NCBI GenBank assembly: GCA_024275665.1
Contig: JAJRYS010000018.1
Span: forward strand, 5,442-69,441
DNA from: an archaeon
Lineage (GTDB): Archaea > B1Sed10-29 > JAJRYS01
Direction: 5' to 3'
Length of the DNA stretch: 64,000 bases
The position numbers and the translations under genes are program-made. Positions 37,869 through 47,442 of this stretch are shown here, one piece after another. Under the pieces are notes generated by a model. It was not told where the DNA came from. It saw nothing but the letters and a program-made list of their open reading frames with translations, and made no database searches. Within the stretch, counting starts at the first letter, position 1; each line of letters opens with the position of its first letter.

Positions 37869-37944
37869 CTTTTCTACTTGTTTTTTAACATACGAAAAGA
37901 TTCTTTATAAACTTATCTGTTCAAAATAAGAATAACACAAGGGA

Positions 37945-38874
37945 ATGATGGAAATGAAAGAGTATGTGCAACAATTATTCAAACAGCATTATGCTGTAGT
38001 AGGCAAACACCAACATTCAGCAGTAAAACCCTGCACTTGGCTGAAGAAGTCACTTAAAAACGAAGGAGTATGCTACAAGCAAAAGTTCTACGGAATACAA
38101 TCGCATCGCTGTCTTCAAATGACTCCTAACATTTACTGCAACCAGCAATGCGTGTTCTGCTGGCGTTCCTGGGAAAAACAAGAATCCTGGCCAAATGCAT
38201 GGGACTCTCCTGAGGAAATAATAGAAGAAAGCGTAAAAGCACACAGAAAACTCATATCAGGGCTTGGTGGGAATGAAAAAGTTGGCAAGGAAAAGTTCAA
38301 AGAAGCACAAAACCCAAACCAAGCAGCAATATCCCTGACAGGCGAGCCCACTGGTTATCCCTTCATAAGCGAACTCGTTGAAGAACTCCACAAGAGAAAG
38401 TTCACAACCTTCGTCGTCACAAACGCCTTGTTTCCCAGAACTCTTGCAAGCATGACTCTCCCAACACAGTTATATTATTCTCTGGATACTCCTAATGAGG
38501 AGATTCATAAGAAAATAAACCAGCCAATGCCAAGCAATTCATGGCAGTTGATAAACGAATCACTCGAGTTAATGCCTTCTCTTGACACTAGGAAAGCCAT
38601 AAGAATAACTCTTGTGAAAAGATTAAACGACGTGAAACCAGAAGCATACGCAGAGCTGATTGAAAAAGCAAGCCCGGACTTCGTGGAAGTCAAGGGATAC
38701 ATGTTCGTAGGAGGAAGCAGGCAAAGGCTCAGTATTGCCAATATGCCCAGGCACGAAGAAGTCAAGCAATTTGCAGAGAAAATCAACGAGCGTTTATCAT
38801 ACGAGTTAGCTGGAGAACAACCAATAAGCAGAGCAGTATTATTATCAGCTGGAAAGAAGAAGATGAGAATATGA
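37945..38874 (+). CDS. taw1: tRNA 4-demethylwyosine synthase (TYW1/Taw1, radical SAM)
   Basis: AVKPCTW…CYKQKFYGIQSHRCLQMTP…CNQQCVFCWR signature. Confidence 0.7.
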   Translation: MMEMKEYVQQLFKQHYAVVGKHQHSAVKPCTWLKKSLKNEGVCYKQKFYGIQSHRCLQMTPNIYCNQQCVFCWRSWEKQESWPNAWDSPEEIIEESVKAHRKLISGLGGNEKVGKEKFKEAQNPNQAAISLTGEPTGYPFISELVEELHKRKFTTFVVTNALFPRTLASMTLPTQLYYSLDTPNEEIHKKINQPMPSNSWQLINESLELMPSLDTRKAIRITLVKRLNDVKPEAYAELIEKASPDFVEVKGYMFVGGSRQRLSIANMPRHEEVKQFAEKINERLSYELAGEQPISRAVLLSAGKKKMRI

Positions 38875-39503
38875 AGAAACCAAAATTCAAGGAAGAAATG
38901 CTCAAAGAGGATGATTATAAGAAAGTAGTTGAAAGAGCAAGAGAGATAGCAGAAAAAACCAAGCACTTGATAAATAAAGACACTCTAATAATCTACTTGG
39001 ATGTTTCAGGAAGGCTTGCAAGAGTTCCCTTAGAACAAGCATGGAAAGAACTAGGAGTTAAAATTCCTAAAAAACGCTTCTTCTTCAACTTCTCTGTTTA
39101 CAAAGGAGAAGGGAGAATGTCAAAACAGCAAAAAGAAGCATTGAAGAGAATAATAGAGAAAAACAAACAAGCGAAAAATGTTTTAATAATAGACACTGTT
39201 TCTTACAGGGGGGTATCCCTTGGATTAACCAAGAAAGAATTGGAAAAGATAACGAACAAGAAAGTGTCAACAGTTTCAATGCTTGACGTTGAAGGAGTAG
39301 TAAGAAAGCCATTTGGGAAACCAGACTACGCTCATTCAAAACCGTTTGATGTTAAAAAAGGAGATGTAATGGCTGTACTGGATTATCAAGACATACATGT
39401 TAGCTCAAAAGAAGGAAAAACAGTAAGACACGAGGAAGGGTTAAAAACTTATGACTCGATAGTAAAGAAAGTAAAGAAAGCATTCAGGAGGAGACGCAGG
39501 TGA
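38871..39503 (+). CDS. hypothetical protein, weak phosphoribosyltransferase-like motif
   Basis: VLIIDTVSYRGVSL. Confidence 0.3.
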   Translation: MKKPKFKEEMLKEDDYKKVVERAREIAEKTKHLINKDTLIIYLDVSGRLARVPLEQAWKELGVKIPKKRFFFNFSVYKGEGRMSKQQKEALKRIIEKNKQAKNVLIIDTVSYRGVSLGLTKKELEKITNKKVSTVSMLDVEGVVRKPFGKPDYAHSKPFDVKKGDVMAVLDYQDIHVSSKEGKTVRHEEGLKTYDSIVKKVKKAFRRRRR

Positions 39504-39697
39504 GTATTCTCGGAAAACTGTTCAAGAAAAAACCAGAAGAAAAACATGAAGCAAAGCAACCGGAGATAAAACCAGAATACGCTGATAATATTTGCTCAGT
39601 CTGCGGGCAGCCAGGAGCTGACAAGAAATTCGCCGGCCAATGGTTTCACAAAAAATGTTTAAGGAAAGCACGCAAAATGGCTAAGAGTATGATTTAA
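39500..39697 (+). CDS. small zinc-ribbon protein
   Basis: CSVCGQPG…HKKC. Confidence 0.35.
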   Translation: MSILGKLFKKKPEEKHEAKQPEIKPEYADNICSVCGQPGADKKFAGQWFHKKCLRKARKMAKSMI

Positions 39698-39710
39698 GAA
39701 ATGCTTCTAC

Positions 39711-39730
39711 TTGGGTAATTAATTACCCAA
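39711..39730. terminator. perfect 20-nt palindrome between convergent genes
   Basis: TTGGGTAATTAATTACCCAA. Confidence 0.45.
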
Positions 39731-39756
39731 TCTTTATAACTGTTTCCTTTTTTGTT

Positions 39757-40311
39757 TCACTCTTCTTTGAATATCTGGCCTTCGAACCTGTAGAAGGTAA
39801 CGTTAGGGTCAAGCCATTTGCTTGGCTCTAAGCCTGCTTTCCAACAGGTCTGCGCTAGGAAGGTTTCAGCATCCCATCCTTCTTCGACAGCTACCTGTGG
39901 CAAGAGCAATCCACTGAAGGGGCTCCATTCTGCGATGAGTCCGTGTTTGCCGATTTCAACGTGTTTCACGAGTTCTCTTCCGTGAGCGTTTATCTTCTCA
40001 GGTGTTGTAAGCACTGTTACCTCTATCCTAATGTCTTTTAACTCTTCCTCGCGTAACGGTGGGAAGCGAGGGTCTTGAAAAGCAGCTGCTACTGCTGCTT
40101 TCCTAACAGCTTCTATCAATGGAAGCATTGGGTAAGGATAACCAATGCATCCTCTCAGTTCCCCGTTCTTGTACAGTGTAACGAAAGCTCCTCTCTTCTC
40201 GTAAAGCCTTCCAGGGATTTCTTCTTCTGTTGCTTTCTTCCCTAATTTTTTCTCAATGATTCTTCTTGCTTCTCTTACTAATAGCATTCCGTCTTCTTTG
40301 CTTAACAACAT
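39757..40311 (-). CDS. AMMECR1-domain protein
   Basis: LRGCIG motif and overall AMMECR1 pattern (GAFVTLYKNGELRGCIGYPYP). Confidence 0.8.
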   Translation of the reverse strand: MLLSKEDGMLLVREARRIIEKKLGKKATEEEIPGRLYEKRGAFVTLYKNGELRGCIGYPYPMLPLIEAVRKAAVAAAFQDPRFPPLREEELKDIRIEVTVLTTPEKINAHGRELVKHVEIGKHGLIAEWSPFSGLLLPQVAVEEGWDAETFLAQTCWKAGLEPSKWLDPNVTFYRFEGQIFKEE

Positions 40312-40422
40312 ATAATATAATGAAAGGTTTTTTTGTTTTAAACTTTTCCACGGTTTTGACTTGTTAAAACCAACAATGTTTGCAAAAATGTTTTATACTT
40401 TTTTGTTTGTGAAAAAATAAAC

Positions 40423-42963
40423 ATGGACTTAGCTTCTTTGTTTGTAATCTCTCTTGTTTTTAACTCGAATATTTTCTATCCTCTGGACTTATCGAATCCA
40501 ACAATAATACCAACGCAAGTATGGGAGTTGTATCATGCCAGTGCTTCTCTTAAAATCTACGATGCTACGCAGGCCAACGGGTTTGAGGAGGCGTTTTTTC
40601 TGAAAAACGCTTGGAGCAATGCTCGTAAGGCAAAAGAGATCTCCTCACAATTAAAAGACGACGTGTTTTCTTATTATATCTACTTATTCTCTCCTAAAAC
40701 GTTTTCCCAGTTCACTCCTTTTTATCAGAAATACAAACAAGCAGAGGCTTATTATAGGATGAGTATTGGCAATGCTTCTATGGTTTTTTCTCTTCTTAGA
40801 AATCGTTTTGCTGAAGACATGCAAACTCTTGACTTAATAGGAGTAGACAAGACCAACTCGACTGCAAGGGCTTTTTTTGAAGAGGGAAAAAGAGTGATAG
40901 AAGCTTTCAGAGGAGCAATAAGCTCTTCTTGTTCTTCTAACAAGCTTTCTTTCAAAACAGCGTGCGCTTTGAATTCTTTGAAATCCAAAGAGAAGCTACC
41001 GATTTTTTATAACTCAGTAGTAAGCCTTGACAACAATTCTTTACTCTTCTTGTTCAAAAACTTTCATGACAAGACGAATGAAATAAAAAAAGACATGGAG
41101 AATAGGTGTTTAAAATTAAAAGAAAAGTCAATTGAGCAAATCAATAAAGCAAATAAATTACTGCAATGGCTTGATAGGCAAGAAGCGTTCATGGTAAGTC
41201 CTGCTGACGAAGCAAGATTCTTGAAATCTTCAGGAAGAGAAGTAACCATGGGAGATGCTTTCTCTTTTCAGAATTTAATTTATGATGCGAGAAGAAGGAT
41301 TTTGAAACTTAAGGAAGAAGTGATAAAAGTCAATGACGTTTTCGAAAGAAAAGCAGATGATTACTTGCTTGAAACTATTATAAAGCTTAGTGGTGTTTCT
41401 TCAGAAGCAAAAATGCTAACCTACAACCTGGAAAGAGCAAAAGATAAACTTAAAAATGTTAATGGCAATGCAAAGCAAGAAGCATTGCTTAAAAGACAAG
41501 AAAATGAAAAAGAATCATTTTTCACCAAGAAAGCTGATTATTTTATTAAAAAAGCAGAAGAAGCGCCTCTTGGGCTTTCAGTAGTTTATTACTCTAAAGC
41601 ATTAGACTTCCTTGAAGTGATTCATGAGGAGGAAGAATTCCTGAAAATGCTTACCAATGCTGATAAAATATTAAGAGAGCTGAAAAAATTAGGAGTTAAT
41701 ATAAGGGCAGAAGAGGAGAAGCTAGAAAAATTGAAAAAACCAGGTTTAAATGAATTTGACATGTTTTTAGCAGAATCTGATTTGTTGTTGTCTTCGGTGA
41801 AGCTAAAAGCCATGCCCTTTAAAGAAAAAGTTGAAAAGGAAAGAAAGGAGATAAAAAACATGTTTAAGGTTATTGATGAATTATCAAAGCTGCCTTTTTT
41901 TGAAAAACCAGACAACATGCTTAGGGAAAAATTTGAAGCTTCTCTTGTCGATGATGATTTTGAAACTCTTTATGAAGACATTAAACTATATGAAGAGATT
42001 AAAAATAAACTAACAAGAACCATAAAGCCGTTTGTTAACAAGTTATTAGAAGATAAGATAAGGCAAGAGTTGATAATTCCAAGAGCGCGTTGTAATGAGG
42101 AAATAACAACAGTTGAAAAAGTAATAATAAGCAACCCTTTTGACATCACGCTTGAAAATATTTCCATTACAATAAAGCCTTTTGGAGAAATAGCCGAACA
42201 GTTTGAAGGAAAAAAATTCATAAAGATAAAAATATTGAAGCCGCGAGAAATTAAGGAGTTTGAGATAAATTCTTCTCTTGTTCCTGTTGTATGCTCTGCT
42301 CAGCATGATGAAAGAACAGGCAATGTAATAACGTCTATTAGAAAAATAGAAGTTTTTTACCCTGCTGACAGTATTGAAGTTGTTTTCAAAAAACCGTTTG
42401 AAAACGCTTCTGTTATGAGAACACAGTTTCCTGCTATTGACAAAAAGGAAGAAGTTGTTATTAATGCTCCCCCTGCCAATGGAAGTGTTTTTGTAACTTT
42501 CTTCAACAATTCTCTTTCACTTCCTGTTCCTCTGAATCACAATGAAAGCATATTAATGAAAGAGGATGCAGTTCAAAACCAATCCTCTATTTTAACAAAC
42601 ATCAGCCATGATAATAATTCATATTATGAAGAAGAAAAAACAACAGTGGAAAAGCAAGTATTGCTTGAGGAAGCGAATTCAACAGTTTCTTTACTGGAAG
42701 AAAAAGCAAGGCAAGAATTAGAGTTCGCTAAGAACCACTATTATTCCAGGGAAATGCTTGAAAAAGCGGCAGACGCATTTGAAAAAGGAAACTACCTTGA
42801 TTCCATTTATTACTCAAGAAAATCAACAGAACAAAACAAACCTAATTATTTTCCTTTCATATTATTGTTTTTTTCTTCTCTGACAATTTTCTTTTTCATA
42901 TTGTTAAAAAAGCCCAAGAAAAAGCCTCCGAGGAGAGTAATGTCTTACTCCTTTCCAGAGTGA
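40423..42963 (+). CDS. large surface protein (846 aa), signal peptide plus C-terminal TM anchor
   Basis: N-terminal hydrophobic segment, K/E-rich helical body, C-terminal FPFILLFFSSLTIFFFILL then basic tail. Confidence 0.45.
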   Translation: MDLASLFVISLVFNSNIFYPLDLSNPTIIPTQVWELYHASASLKIYDATQANGFEEAFFLKNAWSNARKAKEISSQLKDDVFSYYIYLFSPKTFSQFTPFYQKYKQAEAYYRMSIGNASMVFSLLRNRFAEDMQTLDLIGVDKTNSTARAFFEEGKRVIEAFRGAISSSCSSNKLSFKTACALNSLKSKEKLPIFYNSVVSLDNNSLLFLFKNFHDKTNEIKKDMENRCLKLKEKSIEQINKANKLLQWLDRQEAFMVSPADEARFLKSSGREVTMGDAFSFQNLIYDARRRILKLKEEVIKVNDVFERKADDYLLETIIKLSGVSSEAKMLTYNLERAKDKLKNVNGNAKQEALLKRQENEKESFFTKKADYFIKKAEEAPLGLSVVYYSKALDFLEVIHEEEEFLKMLTNADKILRELKKLGVNIRAEEEKLEKLKKPGLNEFDMFLAESDLLLSSVKLKAMPFKEKVEKERKEIKNMFKVIDELSKLPFFEKPDNMLREKFEASLVDDDFETLYEDIKLYEEIKNKLTRTIKPFVNKLLEDKIRQELIIPRARCNEEITTVEKVIISNPFDITLENISITIKPFGEIAEQFEGKKFIKIKILKPREIKEFEINSSLVPVVCSAQHDERTGNVITSIRKIEVFYPADSIEVVFKKPFENASVMRTQFPAIDKKEEVVINAPPANGSVFVTFFNNSLSLPVPLNHNESILMKEDAVQNQSSILTNISHDNNSYYEEEKTTVEKQVLLEEANSTVSLLEEKARQELEFAKNHYYSREMLEKAADAFEKGNYLDSIYYSRKSTEQNKPNYFPFILLFFSSLTIFFFILLKKPKKKPPRRVMSYSFPE

Positions 42964-42965
42964 GA

Positions 42966-43577
42966 TTATTTTTTTGTTTTTTTCTTTGTTTTCTTAATTG
43001 TTTGTTTTTTCTTGGCTACTTTCTTCTTTGTTTTGCCAGGTGATTGTTTTTCAAGGTAAGAAGAGAAATCAACGTCGTCTCCTTGTGAAGTTCCGTAAAT
43101 TATTTTCAAGGCTTTTTCAAAGGTTTCTTTCGGCTTCTTGTTAGTAGTGTCTATTTCAAAAACCGCTTTGTAATTCTGTCTTGCCATCTGAGTGCAGTAG
43201 TCAAGAGCCTCTGCTTCAACATTCTCTTTTATCTTCTTAGTGGAATACCCTCTCTTTTTCAATCTTTTCTTCAATTCTTCAGGATGGCATCTTAGTACTA
43301 ACACAAAGCTGTTGCGAAGTTTGAATTCGCATGCCAAGTGCCCTTCTATTATGCCTGTTTCTTTGTTAAGCATGTTACGAAGTTCTTTCATTTTAGGTAT
43401 TATAGTGCCATCTCTTAGCTTTTTCTCAATTAATTCGTTTTCTTTAATGTAATCAGTAATGTGAATAACCCTAGTCATAAAATGCTCTCCGAGCATGTTA
43501 GCTATTGTGGTCTTTCCAGTTCCAGGCACTCCTGTGATTATTATCTTCTCATACATGCTTTTCTTAAAAGAAGGCAA
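42966..43577 (-). CDS. Fap7-like adenylate kinase / NTPase
   Basis: P-loop ITGVPGTGKTTIAN, about 180 aa core plus Lys-rich tail. Confidence 0.6.
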   Translation of the reverse strand: MPSFKKSMYEKIIITGVPGTGKTTIANMLGEHFMTRVIHITDYIKENELIEKKLRDGTIIPKMKELRNMLNKETGIIEGHLACEFKLRNSFVLVLRCHPEELKKRLKKRGYSTKKIKENVEAEALDYCTQMARQNYKAVFEIDTTNKKPKETFEKALKIIYGTSQGDDVDFSSYLEKQSPGKTKKKVAKKKQTIKKTKKKTKK

Positions 43578-43620
43578 GGTATTTAAATCAATTCTGTTCT
43601 AACTTATCAAGGTGGTATTA

Positions 43621-43758
43621 ATGGCTAGTTTTAGAAGGACATGCAGACAGTGTTTTATTGAAAGAGGAGAAACAATCCTCTTAGTAAAACAAGGGGACAA
43701 ATGGGTTTGCCCAGTAAACCAAAACCATAAAACAGTTGATGACGTACAAGTAGCATGA
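43621..43758 (+). CDS. small zinc-ribbon ORF (45 aa) with Shine-Dalgarno
   Basis: AAGGTGGT 5 nt upstream of ATG; CRQC…CPVNQNH. Confidence 0.4.
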   Translation: MASFRRTCRQCFIERGETILLVKQGDKWVCPVNQNHKTVDDVQVA

Positions 43759-43835
43759 GGGTTTTTGAACGAATCCTCCTGCTCACTATCCCTGCATTTT
43801 ATTAAAAAACGATTACTTATTTTAAAAACAAGGTT

Positions 43836-44261
43836 TTGAAGATGAAAACTCTAGTGGTTGGAATTGGTAATCCTTTGAAAAAAGATGACAACATAGGAAA
43901 CGTAATAGCTATTGAAATAAGCAAGGAGTATGACACCATCATAGCAGAAGTTAATCCAGAAGCGTTCTTGAATAAGATGAAAGATTATGATGTTATAATA
44001 TTCCTGGATGCTGTTGAGTTCAATTCGCTCCCAGGAGACGTTCGTCTGTTCTCTTTAGAGGAAGTAACTGACAGGGCTTTTTCAACTCACTCAACTCCTT
44101 TTTCATTAATATCTTCAATGCTTAAAAGTAAGAAAGCAGTGGTCATAGGAATACAACCGAAAGACACTGGTTATGGAATAGGGTTATCAGAGGAGTTAAA
44201 ATCAATGAAAGAAGACATAAAAAAGAAGACAAAAAAGTTACTAAACGAGATTCTTTCTTAA
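43836..44261 (+). CDS. hycI: hydrogenase maturation protease (HycI/HyaD family)
   Basis: GIGNPLKKDDNIGNVIA signature. Confidence 0.7.
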   Translation: MKMKTLVVGIGNPLKKDDNIGNVIAIEISKEYDTIIAEVNPEAFLNKMKDYDVIIFLDAVEFNSLPGDVRLFSLEEVTDRAFSTHSTPFSLISSMLKSKKAVVIGIQPKDTGYGIGLSEELKSMKEDIKKKTKKLLNEILS

Positions 44262-44567
44262 CTTTTCTTTATTAGAACTTGCATATTCAAATGCATGAGT
44301 ATAATGAATGCACTTAACAGGACAGACATCCCTGCATAAGCCACAGTAAATGCATTTTCCCATGTCAAAATCAATCCTTCCTTTTTCATGAAAATCAACA
44401 GCTTTCACTGGACAGTACTTCTCACACAGTCTGCATCCAATGCACCTATCAGCTTCGTACAAAATTCTCCCCCTGAACCTTTCTTTAGGCTTTTTCTTCA
44501 CGAAAGGATGCAGTTCTGTGAAAGGCTCTTTGAAAAAGTTTATTATTATTTCTTTTAAAACACCCAT
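44241..44567 (-). CDS. group 4 hydrogenase 2x[4Fe-4S] subunit (NuoI/MbhN-like)
   Basis: CIGCRLCEKYCP and CIYCGLCRDVCP. Confidence 0.8.
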   Translation of the reverse strand: MGVLKEIIINFFKEPFTELHPFVKKKPKERFRGRILYEADRCIGCRLCEKYCPVKAVDFHEKGRIDFDMGKCIYCGLCRDVCPVKCIHYTHAFEYASSNKEKLRKNLV

Positions 44568-45427
44568 ACTAATCCACTCAATACTCTTATGAATTCTATT
44601 AATGCAATAATCATTATGAAGAACAATGACTTAAACGCCTGATCTACCCTGTAACGAGGGGTGCTTGCCTGGCTAAGTGACAGCCCTATCAAAGTGAAAA
44701 AACCACCAGTGACGTAGAGGAAAGGAGAACGCAGTCCAAACAACAATAAAGGAACTAGTAATACGTAGAATAGTCTTCTCATGTAGTTAGTTAATTCCAT
44801 GAAGAAAAGCCTTCTCCCAGAATACTCTGTTTCCACTGAAGTCAGCACTTCTGGTTCTGCTTCTGCAGTGTCGAAAGGAGTAATTTTCAACTCTACTACA
44901 CTCACAGCTATTAATGCGAAAGAAGCAAGAGGAAGGCTGAAAGCCAAGTAGTGGCTGCTTATGCTTGACAATGACAAGCCCCCTGAAACTATTACAAAAG
45001 AGAACACGCTTACAGCAAGCACTACTTCATAGCACACCATTAACACCATTTCTCTCATCGCTGCTGTTATTGAGAAAGGAGAGTCAGAACTGACTCCTGC
45101 TAAGACATAAAAACCACTACTGAGAATTGTTAAGTAAATCAAAAAAATGAAATCGTAATCAAACGCCAGCAAAGAAAAGGGAATAATCAAAAATAAAGCA
45201 TAAGTTGACAAGAAGTAGAAGAAAGGAGCGTTTTTGAAAAAAGGGTCGTTATTATCTTCAAGGGTTTGCTTGTGCCACAACTTTCTTAAATCATAAAAAG
45301 GCTGGACTACAGGAGGCCCTATCCTATGTTGGAACATTGCCATAAATTTCCTGTGCATTCCTTCAAACACTATTGCTATTATTGGAATTGTTAAGAAGAA
45401 AACAATTCTAAGGATTTCGCTTAACAT
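44555..45427 (-). CDS. group 4 hydrogenase membrane subunit (NuoH/MbhM-like)
   Basis: 290 aa, 8 TM, operon position between large subunit and FeS subunit. Confidence 0.6.
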   Translation of the reverse strand: MLSEILRIVFFLTIPIIAIVFEGMHRKFMAMFQHRIGPPVVQPFYDLRKLWHKQTLEDNNDPFFKNAPFFYFLSTYALFLIIPFSLLAFDYDFIFLIYLTILSSGFYVLAGVSSDSPFSITAAMREMVLMVCYEVVLAVSVFSFVIVSGGLSLSSISSHYLAFSLPLASFALIAVSVVELKITPFDTAEAEPEVLTSVETEYSGRRLFFMELTNYMRRLFYVLLVPLLLFGLRSPFLYVTGGFFTLIGLSLSQASTPRYRVDQAFKSLFFIMIIALIEFIRVLSGLVWVF

Positions 45428-46578
45428 GAATACTTCCTCCTGAATTCTGCTTCAGTCATCCACTCCTCTCTGTCTTCTTTTGCCACGAGCACTCTTTCCA
45501 TGCATGAAAAACAAGGGTCAAGAGAAGCAACTATTACTGGCACGTCCCCTATTTTCACTCCTTTTAATATTTTTTCAAGTATTTTTATGAATGCAAAAGT
45601 AGGAGTTCTTACTTTAGCTCTTCTTATCAACCCGTCTTCCACTTTCAAAAAGTAAAACAACTCTCCTCTTGGAGCCTCAACTCTTCCAATCGCTTCCCCT
45701 TCCTTGATGTTAGTTAATGAAAACTTTGGAATCTTCTCACTGGGAAGCATTTCAACACACTGCCTTATTATCCCCATTGACTCATGCACTTCTCTCATCC
45801 TAAGCAGGGTTCTTTCCATGGCATCTCCTTTCTTAATCACTATGGTTTTGAAATTTATATCAGCATAGGAATCATAGGGATCAATTCTTCTAACGTCATT
45901 ATCAATCCCACTTGCTCTTGCATTAGGGCCTATCAAACCGTATTCTATCGCAGTCTTCTTACTAATCTTTCCTACTCCTTTAAGCCTTTCCTTTATAACT
46001 TTGTTTTTCTTTATCTCGTCTTCATAATCTTTTAATTTTTCTTGCATGCTGTCAAGACAGTCAAGCACTTCTCTTTCCTGCACTGGAGCAATGTCATACC
46101 TGAGAGAACCAATCTTACAAATGTTTTTATGAACCCTGTTACCGCAAATGCTTTCAAACAAGTCAAGCACTCCTTCCCTCTCTCTCCACAAGTACTGGAA
46201 CAAAGTATCAAAGCCTATTTCATGCATCATGAAACCAGCCCATAGCAAGTGGGAAGAAATACGCTCTAACTCAAACAAAATTGTTCTTATCAGTTTCACT
46301 CTTTCATTAACTTCTTTCTTCATCATGTCTTCAACAGTGCGTATGAAAGCGCGTTCATGAGAAATAGAGCAAATTCCGCAAATTCGCGAAGCAACATACA
46401 TTGCTTGATCCACGTTCTTTCCTTCAAGCAGGCCTTCTACTCCTTTATGAGTGTAACCAAGTCTCATGTCAACGCTTCTTACTTCTTCTCCTTCAAGCTT
46501 TAGTTTTAACAGCATGGGTTCTTTCAAAGCAGGAGACTGAGGCCCTACAGGCATTACAAAATCATGCATTCTTCTCAC
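45421..46578 (-). CDS. [NiFe] hydrogenase large subunit, group 4 (NuoD/MbhL-like)
   Basis: N-terminal RICGICSISH and C-terminal DPCFSCMER nickel-binding cysteine motifs both present. Confidence 0.85.
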   Translation of the reverse strand: MRRMHDFVMPVGPQSPALKEPMLLKLKLEGEEVRSVDMRLGYTHKGVEGLLEGKNVDQAMYVASRICGICSISHERAFIRTVEDMMKKEVNERVKLIRTILFELERISSHLLWAGFMMHEIGFDTLFQYLWREREGVLDLFESICGNRVHKNICKIGSLRYDIAPVQEREVLDCLDSMQEKLKDYEDEIKKNKVIKERLKGVGKISKKTAIEYGLIGPNARASGIDNDVRRIDPYDSYADINFKTIVIKKGDAMERTLLRMREVHESMGIIRQCVEMLPSEKIPKFSLTNIKEGEAIGRVEAPRGELFYFLKVEDGLIRRAKVRTPTFAFIKILEKILKGVKIGDVPVIVASLDPCFSCMERVLVAKEDREEWMTEAEFRRKYSC

Positions 46579-46864
46579 CTTTCAACAACGGGTGTTTGTT
46601 TTTTTCTTCTTCAGGAAGGAACAAAGGAACATGAAGATTAGGATTGCCCTCGAACTCCACGCCGTAATAATCATGGATCTCCCTCTCGAACAAATCAGCC
46701 ACTGGATGTTCTCTTATAATGCTCTTAGTCCTCATGCTCCTCCTACCAACCTTCCTGATTCTTTTAATAAGCTTTCCATCGCCTTTATCAAAATAATACA
46801 ATAACCTGAAATCCTCTTTCTTAGGTCCTTGGTCTTGAACGCAAACAATAGCCACTAACCTCAT
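46562..46864 (-). CDS. NuoC/MbhK-like subunit
   Basis: HPVADLFEREIHDYYGVEFEGNP. Confidence 0.55.
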   Translation of the reverse strand: MRLVAIVCVQDQGPKKEDFRLLYYFDKGDGKLIKRIRKVGRRSMRTKSIIREHPVADLFEREIHDYYGVEFEGNPNLHVPLFLPEEEKNKHPLLKGEKNA

Positions 46865-47283
46865 TCTTCTTTCACCATCCTCAACGCTTTAAGCAAACCA
46901 TCAATAATAGCTTCTGGTCTCGGAGGACATCCTGGCACGTAAACGCTTACCGGGATGTGTTTGTCTACTGGTCCTGCGAAGTTATAAGCTTCTGCAAAAG
47001 GCCCTCCTGTGATAGCGCAAGAACCAACAGCCATCACTACTTTCTTTTCAGCCATTTGAGAGTAAATCTTTTTCAGCCTCTTCACTGCTTTTTTGTTCAA
47101 ACAACCCTGCACTATTAGCACGTCAGCATTCTTAGGACTGCTCTTGTAAACCACTCCAAACCTCTCCACGTCATACCTTGGAGTGAGAGTAGCAAGCACT
47201 TCCAAGTTGCATCCGTTGCAACCACCGACATCGTAGTCAATCACCCAAGGACTTTTCTTAACGTAGTTGTGTTTCTTCTTCAT
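46861..47283 (-). CDS. hydrogenase small subunit (NuoB/MbhJ-like)
   Basis: GGCNGC, GSCAITGGPF, VPGCPPRPE cysteine motifs. Confidence 0.8.
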   Translation of the reverse strand: MKKKHNYVKKSPWVIDYDVGGCNGCNLEVLATLTPRYDVERFGVVYKSSPKNADVLIVQGCLNKKAVKRLKKIYSQMAEKKVVMAVGSCAITGGPFAEAYNFAGPVDKHIPVSVYVPGCPPRPEAIIDGLLKALRMVKEE

Positions 47284-47441
47284 AATAACACCTTCACAGC
47301 TTCTGCAAGCAAGAGAAAGAAAAACACTACGGAAAGTACTTTCAGCAAGTTTTTCTTATTGAAGAAGTGCTCGTAATGTTTTGGAGTCCTGTAACCCACG
47401 TAATCCGCTTCTTCTCCACTGAGGTAAATATCTGGCTTCAT
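47280..47441 (-). CDS. small membrane-anchored hydrogenase-operon ORF (53 aa), not in ORF track
   Basis: Starts 1 nt after stop of upstream gene (TAGTATG), stop overlaps NuoB-like start (ATGA); C-terminal TM LSVVFFFLLLAEAV. Confidence 0.45.
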   Translation of the reverse strand: MKPDIYLSGEEADYVGYRTPKHYEHFFNKKNLLKVLSVVFFFLLLAEAVKVLL

Positions 47442-47442
47442 A

